Virus record (IMG/VR): IMGVR_UViG_3300046786_000269
Span: 1-35,631 of that record
Origin: a virus
Taxonomy: Duplodnaviria > Caudoviricetes
Strand: one strand, 5' to 3'
DNA: 35,631 nt
Shown: in pieces, positions 24,930-34,132 of the stretch
Layout of the letters: each line of letters opens with the position of its first letter
Numbering within the stretch: the first letter of the stretch is position 1
The notes under the pieces: generated by a model
The model's database searches: none
Seen by the model: only the letters and a program-made list of their open reading frames with translations
Told to the model about the DNA's origin: nothing
Program-made: the position numbers and the translations under genes

Positions 24930-26912
24930 TTATTTACCAAACACATACCAGTTTTGACTTGCAACGTAGCTGCCTGTGCATCCTGCATAATACGTTGCTG
25001 CTTCGCAGCTTGATTGGTCCCCATAACCAGAGCAAGACGGACTTCCTTGGCAAATGTTATCAAAACTATTCCAGGTACAATTGGAATACGTTGTCGAACA
25101 TCCGGACGTAGAGCCGCACGTTCCTTCGCTCAAACCGCTGCATGATACAGTTCTTGTCAAAGGACTGATATGAACCCAATCCTTAAAATTGCTGAGAGTG
25201 TAACTGCTCGTATGGTCAATTTGCTGACCGCTGTATGGAACAATTACAACATCATAGTTGGACGAACTTCCATTGTAGATCCAATAGTCACGATCTGGAC
25301 AAGTCATCATGTCTGGCAGAGTTAATGTAAGTGCTGATTGCCAAGTACATCCAGGCTCTGCGTTGCAATTTGTAGAGTCGTCAATGCCACCACAGGTTGC
25401 TGAACCGCTACACATCGCACCATACGTTCCAGTACAGTTACCTGTCGCATAGGTTCCAGTACACGAATACGAATCATATGTACCTGAGCAGCTAACGTAC
25501 CAAGAGCCACCGGTGCAAGCGCCGGTACCACTATCGTAAGTACAATAGCTGCCGCCATTGGCATTATTACAAGCAGTTCCATCGCCGCCGCCATCGCTAT
25601 AGTTTGCACAGTCATCGTAGTTCTGTGTACATCCAGAGGTGCTACCACAAGCTGTTTCACCTAGCGTAGAGCAGTCTTGTGGATTATTTGACCATGAACA
25701 ACCAGAGTAGCTTTCACATGTCGATTGGTCGCCAAATGATGAGCATGATGCTTGCTCCCAAGTACAGCCAGATGCTCCCGTACAACTGCTTTCATCGCCG
25801 TTATAAACGCTGCATGGATTTCCTGCATACCAAGTACAACCACCGTGTGCGTCACGATTTAAGCAATCGCTTTCGTTAGTATACGAGCTACAGGCATTGC
25901 TTGGCGTTCCGGTACATGTAGCCGTAGAAGGATCAGCAATCCATTCCGTTGCTGTGTTGTCTAATGTTTGATTAGCAGTGACATATTTTACTTTGAGCGC
26001 AGTACCCCCACCGCTGACTAAAGTGCTAGATGGAGTGCCAGTGTTACCTGCATTGACGCCTTGCTGAAAACCCCCATAGCCGTAGTGACCAAATGTACCG
26101 GCGACATTGTAGCTAATTAGCGTACCAGTTAATTGATTGTAAACTGCTTGGCCGTTGCCACCGCTGACCCAGGTACTGACTTCGCCGCTTGCACTAGCGC
26201 CAATGTGTCCTTTATTTACGCCGGTAAACTTAAAATCAATCCAAGTATACGAGCCTGTATTGTCGAGCGACATGTGCTGTGTCGTGCCAGGTGTGACGTT
26301 GGACTTTTGAATTGCAGAGATGGTTAGTTTGCCGTCGTCGTTAGCACCTTGAAGGTATGCAGAACCACCTTGATAGCGGCCACCCGAAAGAGCTTTTACG
26401 CTCACGCTGTCGATAGTAAATCGAGCCGCAACAATACTTGGCGCAAAGGTCAACCCTGCGCTCGCATTAAGGCAGAGGACTCGTGTCGTATATGTTCCAG
26501 CTATGCCATACGAGCCAATAGTATTACCTGCGAAGTTTACAACAACGGTGCCCGATGTGACGTTAGAAAGAGTAAAAGAAACGTCATACCGTTCACCAAG
26601 CTGCATTGTCGGGGTTTGAGATAGTGCTCCTGCGCCATTTGTGTCGTGTGAAACGGAGTTATTAGAATATGACCACCCTGTCGGCAATGTCCATCCAGTA
26701 GCAGAGCCAGTAAAGTTACCATTTGTGATGCGCTCTTGAGTAGACGAAGAGAGCGCAAGAATTTTGCCACCGTTACTCCAGTTAAAGTTCTGGGTATCTT
26801 GAGCAATTTGTCCGGTGCTACCACCAAACGTCACGCCACCAGTAACAAGAGTTGGCACTCCTGCTGCCGTCCAATCGAATGTTCCAGTAAATGGATTAAA
26901 AACGTAAGGCAT
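24930..26912 (-). CDS. Cys-rich fibre-like putative virion protein (660 aa)
   Basis: PYVFNPFTGTFD N-terminus, ITNGNF carbohydrate-binding-like domain, 33 Cys in the C-terminal half. Confidence 0.8.
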   Translation of the reverse strand: MPYVFNPFTGTFDWTAAGVPTLVTGGVTFGGSTGQIAQDTQNFNWSNGGKILALSSSTQERITNGNFTGSATGWTLPTGWSYSNNSVSHDTNGAGALSQTPTMQLGERYDVSFTLSNVTSGTVVVNFAGNTIGSYGIAGTYTTRVLCLNASAGLTFAPSIVAARFTIDSVSVKALSGGRYQGGSAYLQGANDDGKLTISAIQKSNVTPGTTQHMSLDNTGSYTWIDFKFTGVNKGHIGASASGEVSTWVSGGNGQAVYNQLTGTLISYNVAGTFGHYGYGGFQQGVNAGNTGTPSSTLVSGGGTALKVKYVTANQTLDNTATEWIADPSTATCTGTPSNACSSYTNESDCLNRDAHGGCTWYAGNPCSVYNGDESSCTGASGCTWEQASCSSFGDQSTCESYSGCSWSNNPQDCSTLGETACGSTSGCTQNYDDCANYSDGGGDGTACNNANGGSYCTYDSGTGACTGGSWYVSCSGTYDSYSCTGTYATGNCTGTYGAMCSGSATCGGIDDSTNCNAEPGCTWQSALTLTLPDMMTCPDRDYWIYNGSSSNYDVVIVPYSGQQIDHTSSYTLSNFKDWVHISPLTRTVSCSGLSEGTCGSTSGCSTTYSNCTWNSFDNICQGSPSCSGYGDQSSCEAATYYAGCTGSYVASQNWYVFGK

Positions 26913-27160
26913 TAGCTTCTCACGACGCTTGTAAGATTATCGCCTGTATAACCAAGAGTGAGCGTTGCAACCGTTACACCACTAAGTTTGTATACTACGC
27001 CAGTTAAGTTAGTTCCGGTATATGAAAGTGCAATTTCATCATGGGGTTGATTGACTAGCCCTTGTACTACCTCCTGATACACGTTGCTGTTTCTAACAAC
27101 GGTAGCTACTGAGATGTCTGGGTTTACTGACGCTGCGGAGTTAGAAACGGTTGTAGCCAT
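26912..27160 (-). CDS. Small beta-rich structural protein
   Basis: Internal repeat LSYTGTNLTGV / LGYTGDNLTSV; tight packing. Confidence 0.75.
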   Translation of the reverse strand: MATTVSNSAASVNPDISVATVVRNSNVYQEVVQGLVNQPHDEIALSYTGTNLTGVVYKLSGVTVATLTLGYTGDNLTSVVRS

Positions 27161-29736
27161 TATTCTTCATCCTCCAACTCGATACCTATTGGGTTGCCTT
27201 CTGTGTCGCTAATGATTTTGCCTTTGCGCTTACGGCGTGGAGCCGGAGCAGCTTTTTCAATAATCATTGGCTTGTCTGTCTGTAATAGGATTGGCGCTTG
27301 CTGCGGAATCTTTTGAATTGCGTCCATGCTAAGCCTGATACGCTCAAGCTCGTTATCGGATGCCAAGCGTCTCTCTTCCATGAGCTTTTCAGTCTCAGAA
27401 ACTTTGATACGCATTTGCTCAAGCTCAAGCTTTTGAAGCTCAAGCATCTGTGCCATACGGTTTGTCTCTTGCGTAATGGCTTGCTTATTAGCGTCAGATT
27501 CCGACATAGCTTGTACTTTAAGCATATCAACTTGTACTGCTGACTGCTTAATCTGAAGCTCTTGTTGTGATAGCGCAAGCTCTTGCTGCTTAACGTATTC
27601 CTCGAATTGCTGCTTTTGCATGAGAAGCTGTGCTTCAAGCTGGTCACGCTGCATCTTGAGTTGCTGGTCTTGGTAGCTAAGTTGGTTCTTAGCGGCCTTG
27701 TCCTGCATCTCCATCTGCGTGACCTGAATCCGAGCTTGGGATTCCATTTGCGCTATTTGTAGCCGGCCCTGAACTTCTTGCATAACTGGGTCCGGCGGCG
27801 GCGGTTGCTTAGCTGCTTCCTCCTTCGCTTTAGCAATTTCACCAATTTGCATAAGGGCTGAAGTAAATAATCCATCGACTTCTTTGCCTCCCTTGTAACG
27901 CTTAATCATGTTCTGGAAGAGTGCGATTGAGAACTGCAACAAAGGTGGGTACTGGTCTACCAAGCCTCGCATCTGGTCAAAGAATTGACCAGCCGTTTGC
28001 ATCAGTGCGGTCGCTTCTTGCTGTTGCTGCGCTTGGTCGATTGCGACCATAGAATCCGAAGCAATCTGAATGCGGTAACTTCGTTTTTTGTCGTCCCGAA
28101 GAATTTGAATAATCTGCTGCTTAACCTTGTCGATTTCCGCAATAGGGTCATAAGGCGGTGCCATAGGTGCCGGTGGAGGTGGCGGTGCCATACCTGAACC
28201 ATCTTCTGGCAGCGGTTCTTGCATCGGCTCTGGCATTGGCGGTGGAGGCGGCAGCGTTGGTTCAATGAGAGAGTCGGCATCAGCCACCTCCATAATGGTC
28301 TGTTCGTCAAACTGTTCGCAGATAATTACTGCAAGATTGCTGATAGCGTCTGAGACAAACTTAGAGAACATGTTTTGTCGCACGATAAGACCAAGCGACG
28401 ACCATTGATTCTCTAGCCGATTAGCTGTGGCTGACTTGTATTGCTCGCTTGTACCACGAAGCAAATCAGACACTTTAAGCGTTTCGTAAAGTTGCTCCAA
28501 AGCTGTCTGCCGTGCGGTCTGAAGAATGTTAAGAGCATTGATATACGGCTCAATGTTCATCGCTTCGATACCAGCAGCAAGGCCACCACGCTGCTTGTAT
28601 GATGGCCAATTCGTAACCGGAATAAGCTTCAAGTCGCCAGACATGAGCATTTCGACTTGATTGCCCAAAGTAGCATCGTACAAGCTATTAGTACGAATAG
28701 CTTGAGTAACTGCGTGGATACGAGTTGTAAGACGCTCCACCTCAAGGATTTGGTCTTTAACGTGGCTGTAATCTGAGACTGGGATTACACTATCTGGGTC
28801 AACCGACTGACGAATGACAACACACGGGTAAAACTTCTCAAAATTAATAGGTGGTTCTGACTCTTCAATGATGGTCTTTTCGCCACCCTTTTGAATCCAG
28901 TAGACCTTGTTTGTAGCTTCGCACCAAATCTCGTAAATCTCTGCTTTGCCCTCAAACTTGTCATCTTTACGGGAGATGTCTTTTTTCATCACCTCTGGGA
29001 AACTATCGTAAGAAAGTGTTTTGGCTACGTCTTTGCCAAACATGTCTTCAGCTTGCGCTCGGTCCATAAACGCACGACGGCCCTGCCATTCTATCTCTTG
29101 CTCGTTTCGAGCATCGGAGCAGAAGTAGTCGTTATACTGCACTACCTCAAGAATCGCCTTCTCAGACACCTTCTTTTCGACTTCAGCTTTGCCGATAAGA
29201 ATACCGCCCTCGGCTTCTGTAAGTTCTGATTCATCGCCGTCAAATGGTTGACCTTTGCCGTCAATAAGCTGACCAGACGGATCACGGATAACGGCAAATT
29301 CCTCTGTAACCTTTTCAAACTTAGGTACATACCGAGCCCAAAGAACCGCTTGGCCAACAGCAAGGAACTGCAATGCGCTCTGGTAGCCTACCTTGTCGAA
29401 GTCAAAGTGGCAGTCCATAGCGTACTGGGTGTTTCGTTCGATGACGACCGACCCAAGCTCATACGGCATACTGCCTGAATGCTTACGAAGGTTTACTTCC
29501 GCTTTTGGCGTGGAAGAATAGTAAGCAGGAAGAAGAGTATTGATACAATACCACCAAACATTAAGTCGTCTTTCTGCATCGTTAAGAATCCCCACCTGTT
29601 TTTGAGCGTTGTACACTCTGATGGATTCTTCAGCGGCCTCTATAAACTTTTTGCGGCGCTCCTCAGCCTGTGTGAGTTGAGACTTCCACCAACGGGGGGA
29701 ATACTTTTCAACGAGAGGTTTAGGCTGCAATTTCAT
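27160..29736 (-). CDS. Portal protein (long C-terminal coiled-coil barrel)
   Basis: 858 aa following TerL; SDLLRG.S....SATA motif; Q-rich coiled coil. Confidence 0.85.
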   Translation of the reverse strand: MKLQPKPLVEKYSPRWWKSQLTQAEERRKKFIEAAEESIRVYNAQKQVGILNDAERRLNVWWYCINTLLPAYYSSTPKAEVNLRKHSGSMPYELGSVVIERNTQYAMDCHFDFDKVGYQSALQFLAVGQAVLWARYVPKFEKVTEEFAVIRDPSGQLIDGKGQPFDGDESELTEAEGGILIGKAEVEKKVSEKAILEVVQYNDYFCSDARNEQEIEWQGRRAFMDRAQAEDMFGKDVAKTLSYDSFPEVMKKDISRKDDKFEGKAEIYEIWCEATNKVYWIQKGGEKTIIEESEPPINFEKFYPCVVIRQSVDPDSVIPVSDYSHVKDQILEVERLTTRIHAVTQAIRTNSLYDATLGNQVEMLMSGDLKLIPVTNWPSYKQRGGLAAGIEAMNIEPYINALNILQTARQTALEQLYETLKVSDLLRGTSEQYKSATANRLENQWSSLGLIVRQNMFSKFVSDAISNLAVIICEQFDEQTIMEVADADSLIEPTLPPPPPMPEPMQEPLPEDGSGMAPPPPPAPMAPPYDPIAEIDKVKQQIIQILRDDKKRSYRIQIASDSMVAIDQAQQQQEATALMQTAGQFFDQMRGLVDQYPPLLQFSIALFQNMIKRYKGGKEVDGLFTSALMQIGEIAKAKEEAAKQPPPPDPVMQEVQGRLQIAQMESQARIQVTQMEMQDKAAKNQLSYQDQQLKMQRDQLEAQLLMQKQQFEEYVKQQELALSQQELQIKQSAVQVDMLKVQAMSESDANKQAITQETNRMAQMLELQKLELEQMRIKVSETEKLMEERRLASDNELERIRLSMDAIQKIPQQAPILLQTDKPMIIEKAAPAPRRKRKGKIISDTEGNPIGIELEDEE

Positions 29737-31151
29737 ATTTTGGCTCGTCCCTGTTGCTGTCTCATCTGCGAGATATACGCCTGTAGCTTAATCAAACCTT
29801 TATTAAAGACTTCCGCAGGTTGTTCCCACTTAGAGTCTATTAACCTAGCTTTGCAGAGGTATCGCAAGGCATCTACGGCGTGGTCATTACCCGACGTATC
29901 CATGTCCTCTGGGTTGCGTTTGTCTATTGACATGGATGGTAGAGTTTCTAGCAAGTATGGGCAACTCGTAAAGATGTACAAGAGCGGGGGTTTAGCTATG
30001 AGCCGCTGCCGTATCTGGGACCAGCCAGAAATCCGGTCATTGTCTGCGGCCCTAAAAGACGGGTGTTTATACTTGGCAAAGACCGCCGTAAACTGGTCGT
30101 TTATGCTTGGTCCTCCCTCGTGGCTAAAGATAGAAGGATCGGCTACGGCTATTGGATTTTCTCCAACGGAGGCCGCTGCAATGCGATTAGCTTGTTCAAC
30201 ATTATCAACTCCTTTGCCCCACATTTCTCGATATATGACAATTGCTCCTTTAGGGTACGGTACTTCATTGCCTCTATCATCCCGCCCACTAGATACAGCG
30301 CCCCATATAGCGGCGAAAGGAGAACGATAGCCCCAATCGTACCCAAGATAACGAGGCCAATGCTTAGGTACGTTAAAAGGTGCAACAATGTGTTTTGAAG
30401 AAAATTCAGGAAAATAAGACCCTTCATGGATTTCAAAGTCTCCCTCTAGCCATGCTCGGACGAGTTCAGGACTGCCGACCATGTGTAGGCGGTTAATGTA
30501 TTCAGGGTCACGAGCCAAGAGAATCTGGTTATCGTGTACCCTGCTTGGAATGTAGATGTATTCAAAGTACGCCCCATTTGGGAGGTCTTTGCGTAAAACC
30601 TTCATGCCCTTTGGCGCTGGCTTAATAAATAGCTCTTTTAGCCACCCATGTCCCACGCCGCCTGGGTTAAACGTCAAAAGAATTTGCCCACCGCCCCTAC
30701 CTCGTAACGCTCCAAAAAGCTTCCAAATACAGCTTGGGTCGGAGTAGTTACCGGCTTCCTCGATAGCGCAATCTGATAGGTTTTGACCCTGATACTTTTC
30801 CGCATCAGCATCGTTAGCCAAGGGACGGAACCGCAAACGACCCCCTTTAGGGAATGTAAACTGCTTCTTTTGGTCTTGATAGTGAGCGTTTAGCGGTAGG
30901 TAAATCTGCTTGGCACGTTCGATAAGGTCATCTGCCTGGGGCAATTCTTTACGGAAAAAGATGGCGTTAAAGTCCACACCAAGTTGCTCCTGCTTAATAG
31001 CAAATTTACCTAAAACGCCGTCTGTTTTGCCGCCGCCTCGTGCGCCGCCGTAGCCAACCAAGGTAATCGGACAATGAATGAGAGCTTCTTGGGGTCCGGC
31101 CTGTGGAGCCCATACAATATGCTCGTCAATGTCTGCCTTGTATTCGTCCAC
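29733..31151 (-). CDS. terL: Terminase large subunit
   Basis: WAPQAGPQ, Walker A GGARGGGKT, Walker B CAIEEA, LTFNPGG, GYDWG, DHAVDALRY. Confidence 0.95.
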   Translation of the reverse strand: MDEYKADIDEHIVWAPQAGPQEALIHCPITLVGYGGARGGGKTDGVLGKFAIKQEQLGVDFNAIFFRKELPQADDLIERAKQIYLPLNAHYQDQKKQFTFPKGGRLRFRPLANDADAEKYQGQNLSDCAIEEAGNYSDPSCIWKLFGALRGRGGGQILLTFNPGGVGHGWLKELFIKPAPKGMKVLRKDLPNGAYFEYIYIPSRVHDNQILLARDPEYINRLHMVGSPELVRAWLEGDFEIHEGSYFPEFSSKHIVAPFNVPKHWPRYLGYDWGYRSPFAAIWGAVSSGRDDRGNEVPYPKGAIVIYREMWGKGVDNVEQANRIAAASVGENPIAVADPSIFSHEGGPSINDQFTAVFAKYKHPSFRAADNDRISGWSQIRQRLIAKPPLLYIFTSCPYLLETLPSMSIDKRNPEDMDTSGNDHAVDALRYLCKARLIDSKWEQPAEVFNKGLIKLQAYISQMRQQQGRAKI

Positions 31152-31330
31152 TAATACCCGTTTTTAAGGTCGTTACAGTAAGACCAGAAATCCAGTTCAT
31201 CCATCTCATGCTCTTTTGGCGAAACTTCCTCTTCGCACTCTTCACACTGAGTTAGATCAGGGAGAAATCCCTCGTCTACCATGTAGACTTCCTCGCAATG
31301 AGGACACTGCCAATATCTAGGAATCGTCAT
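31151..31330 (-). CDS. Zn-ribbon protein (59 aa, MTIPRYWQCPHC...QCEEC...); not in ORF track
   Basis: Two CxxC motifs; TAG stop overlaps the GTG start of terL. Confidence 0.75.
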   Translation of the reverse strand: MTIPRYWQCPHCEEVYMVDEGFLPDLTQCEECEEEVSPKEHEMDELDFWSYCNDLKNGY

Positions 31331-31523
31331 CGCCTTTCACCACGTTATGACCAGACATCATTACTGAATTGCTACCATAAATGCGCTCTACGGAGCAGTT
31401 GGGATTCTGACAGTAGAAGTAGTAATCATGCCCATCTTTGGTTGATAGGGTACTTAGGTGGAGGCAGCACGGACATCGCCTAGCGTGCGGTTCCTCGTCT
31501 TTCATCCTATGCTCTATGCCCAT
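31317..31523 (-). CDS. Small Zn-finger-like protein
   Basis: CPCC...CQNPNC. Confidence 0.65.
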   Translation of the reverse strand: MGIEHRMKDEEPHARRCPCCLHLSTLSTKDGHDYYFYCQNPNCSVERIYGSNSVMMSGHNVVKGDDDS

Positions 31524-31780
31524 TATTCCTCGGTTTTTACTATTGCAAGAAACCTAGCTCGCTCACGCTTCGTTGCTTCTTGCACTTTTGTTAATGCGTC
31601 TTGGTATGCGTCATTTTCATCTTGTATTGCCGCACGATAACCAGCCATAAATCCTGCTGTTAAAGAATTCTTTTCCTTCCAGTGCTTTTCTGTCTGATCT
31701 AAATTAAAGCCGTTAGCTTCAGCATAGGCACATGCTTGCAAAAGCAAATCTTCATCGTCTATGTCATCTATAAAAACCAT
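31523..31780 (-). CDS. Hypothetical protein (GFMAGYRAA module)
   Basis: RBS ggagg; TAATG overlap. Confidence 0.75.
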   Translation of the reverse strand: MVFIDDIDDEDLLLQACAYAEANGFNLDQTEKHWKEKNSLTAGFMAGYRAAIQDENDAYQDALTKVQEATKRERARFLAIVKTEE

Positions 31781-32088
31781 TATTCCTCCGGTGGTTTAGG
31801 TAGCGGCATCCAGTGGGTTACGCCTTCTACGACGTCGTCATATTTGTCATACCACGCTGTCGGTCCAAAATAAGCAACCTCGTAATTATGCCATCCCTCG
31901 CCACTTATAAGCACAGACATCGCTTCGTCATCTTGTTCCGGCAACCGATCCTTTACCGAGATCCACTGCGGCGCTGCGGCTTGGAAGCCAGTAAGGAATC
32001 CATTACGCAATCCGTGTGCAAACGTATCGCTACCTGTATCTTCCTGATTAACAAACTCCTCTGCCAACTCTTCAGGTGTTTTAGTCAT
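31780..32088 (-). CDS. DUF551-like protein (start reassigned to 32088)
   Basis: WISVKDRLP...VTHWMPLPKPP. Confidence 0.85.
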   Translation of the reverse strand: MTKTPEELAEEFVNQEDTGSDTFAHGLRNGFLTGFQAAAPQWISVKDRLPEQDDEAMSVLISGEGWHNYEVAYFGPTAWYDKYDDVVEGVTHWMPLPKPPEE

Positions 32089-32284
32089 TACCAACCTTCC
32101 GCAGCTCTGCCTTGAGCATTGCAATCTCTTCTTCTAGACTCGTGACTTCTAAGTCTCTTGATTGGTAGCCAGCTATATATGCCTTCTTTGCAGCAAAGTA
32201 TTCGCCATCATTCATAGCTAATAAACTAACGCATAGTATTGCTTGTCGTTCAATGCGATCCGCCAACTCTTCAGGTGTTTTCAT
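32081..32284 (-). CDS. Hypothetical protein (MKTPEELA; start reassigned to 32284)
   Basis: ATGA overlap; shared N-terminal module. Confidence 0.75.
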   Translation of the reverse strand: MKTPEELADRIERQAILCVSLLAMNDGEYFAAKKAYIAGYQSRDLEVTSLEEEIAMLKAELRKVGND

Positions 32285-32832
32285 TCCGCACTCCACACAT
32301 CCGTTTGCCGTCGTAATCCGCTAGGAAACTCCAGCTTGTTGTCCGTAAAACTCCGCTCTCTAAACACTACATGGTTGGTTGGCTGGATGGCTAACATGCC
32401 CAAATTTAGCTTAATAAAGCAAAACTCCTTGGCTTGCTCAGGGTATGCGGAAAACCCATCACCAACCGGAGCAGCCGTGAATAAGTAAGTTCCCTCGTAC
32501 GACTCATCCTTGCACTTAACCTTGCAATCCAAGCCAGCAAGGTACTTGTATTCCAATGTCGTAAACCGCTCGCCGTAACAGTCCCACGTTTGAGCCTGAT
32601 CCGCCCACCAAGGCACTGTGCGATGTGGATAAAAAGCTATCGCATGAGCCGGAACATTGCGGTAAATCGCACCCGACTCCAACATCACCGTACAACCCCA
32701 CGTTCTGCCTGGATATGAGACCAAACCAAACCACACACACGGTAGAAACCCTTGAGCTACGGTATGCGTGTAGGTGCTATCGACATAGCAGTAAATATGC
32801 CGTGGCAGTTCTCCAACCAAAGTGTACGTCAT
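32281..32832 (-). CDS. Conserved hypothetical phage protein (start reassigned to 32832)
   Basis: LESGAIYRNVP, WDC, YLFT, QPTN motifs; ATGA overlap. Confidence 0.8.
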   Translation of the reverse strand: MTYTLVGELPRHIYCYVDSTYTHTVAQGFLPCVWFGLVSYPGRTWGCTVMLESGAIYRNVPAHAIAFYPHRTVPWWADQAQTWDCYGERFTTLEYKYLAGLDCKVKCKDESYEGTYLFTAAPVGDGFSAYPEQAKEFCFIKLNLGMLAIQPTNHVVFRERSFTDNKLEFPSGLRRQTDVWSAE

Positions 32833-33110
32833 TTGCACTCCCATGACTTAACGGCAAACATGGAATACCGCTTGTGATCAGCACAGCTAAGCGTGTTGCT
32901 GCGGTTCCACCACATACACGACTTATCCTCTACTTTAGAGCCATCAGACAACTCAATAACGCATTCAGTTCGTGATCGCTCTGCCAGCTTTACAACGCCA
33001 TACATTGCAAAAATGACAGCAACTACGGCTAAAATGACGGCTGTAACCAAATCATGCTTGTTGATTTCAACCACATATCGGTGATAAGGATCGCCATTCA
33101 ATCTGGCCAT
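32829..33110 (-). CDS. Single-TM protein with Cys-containing C-domain
   Basis: LVTAVILAVVAVIFAMYGVV TM; 4 Cys. Confidence 0.7.
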   Translation of the reverse strand: MARLNGDPYHRYVVEINKHDLVTAVILAVVAVIFAMYGVVKLAERSRTECVIELSDGSKVEDKSCMWWNRSNTLSCADHKRYSMFAVKSWECK

Positions 33111-33418
33111 TACTCATCCTTCATGAAGTAGTTCTGGATATGCCCCTTCATCCTGTCGATAGCTGCCTTCATGCGCTTCTCAGCTTCCTCTAGCTGCTCA
33201 TCGGTAGCTTTTTCCAGCGGAACAACCGTAGCACCAGGCACCTTAGCAATAGCCTCTGCCTCGGAGATAAACCGAATAGTATGTAGCTCAACTTCCACTG
33301 GACGACCATCGAACGCCACTATCGCCATTGGCTGATTGTCCAAAACTACAAACCCGTAGAACAACCCATATTTAAGGTTGCCGTTTTTGGTTAAATGCTC
33401 AACTCGTTCTCTAATCAT
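33110..33418 (-). CDS. Hypothetical protein (102 aa)
   Basis: Overlapping packing. Confidence 0.75.
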   Translation of the reverse strand: MIRERVEHLTKNGNLKYGLFYGFVVLDNQPMAIVAFDGRPVEVELHTIRFISEAEAIAKVPGATVVPLEKATDEQLEEAEKRMKAAIDRMKGHIQNYFMKDE

Positions 33419-33770
33419 CTTTCTTCACCGGAAAAAACCCAGCCCATGGACTTACTTTGCCGTGATGCTCAAATACCTGGTCGTCGCTATGCCACTGTCT
33501 ACACAACGATTCCACCTCTTCAAGAATGACTGAAACATTGTCAAATCGAAGCGTTAATTCACCAAGTCGTCCATGTAGCTTGTTTATCGTCTTTTCAGCT
33601 TCTTTCAACTTATGGTCGTTGTAATTGGCGGTAAACTGCTGCTTATCTGCCGCCTTGTAGCCTTCCATAAAAGCACCGAAAATCATCTGATTGGTACACT
33701 GGTCACAAGTGCAACTATACCGTGGCGACTTCTTCACCCACTCCTGAGCCAACTCACTAACTGTTTTCAT
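33411..33770 (-). CDS. Hypothetical protein (MKTVSELA...AFMEGYKAA)
   Basis: RBS aaggt; shared N-terminal module. Confidence 0.75.
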   Translation of the reverse strand: MKTVSELAQEWVKKSPRYSCTCDQCTNQMIFGAFMEGYKAADKQQFTANYNDHKLKEAEKTINKLHGRLGELTLRFDNVSVILEEVESLCRQWHSDDQVFEHHGKVSPWAGFFPVKKDD

Positions 33771-33918
33771 CTACCTTTACCCCCTTAACCGCTTCCATCA
33801 CCCGCTCAGTCAACTTGTCCCTATCTTCCTGCTTAAACTCCTTGTCTATGGTCTCATTCACAAACCGCAACAACTCACTAAGAGGCACCTTTAACGGCTT
33901 CACCACCTCGTCACTCAC
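33757..33918 (-). CDS. Hypothetical protein (53 aa, GTG start, MSDEVVKPLKVPLSELL...); not in ORF track
   Basis: RBS gggag; fills the gap and overlaps both neighbours. Confidence 0.65.
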   Translation of the reverse strand: MSDEVVKPLKVPLSELLRFVNETIDKEFKQEDRDKLTERVMEAVKGVKVDENS

Positions 33919-34132
33919 AAACTAACTCCCTATACTGACTCTCACTAATCTTATGCTTCGGAAGATAAACCCTCCCTCGGCAATAACGACCACCACATTC
34001 CGCATGCAACAAATGTGTCACAACTACTTTCGCCATAGTACAGTTTGGACACCTAAAGTACCAGACCTTTTCCGTTGTACTCCCTGATACTCTCTTGCGC
34101 TTCCTACGATACTCAATCTTCATCTTTTCCAT
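33911..34132 (-). CDS. Zn-finger protein
   Basis: CPNC...CGGRYC. Confidence 0.7.
   Translation of the reverse strand: MEKMKIEYRRKRKRVSGSTTEKVWYFRCPNCTMAKVVVTHLLHAECGGRYCRGRVYLPKHKISESQYRELVCE

Noticed and set aside
24930-26912. DGR target or nucleotide tandem repeat explaining the Cys repeats
   Set aside because: No reverse transcriptase or TR/VR pair seen; the repeats are diverged at DNA level
29479-30330. Plus-strand 283-aa ORF and many other plus-strand ORFs between 7800 and 33100
   Set aside because: Antisense shadows of structural genes; no recognisable motifs
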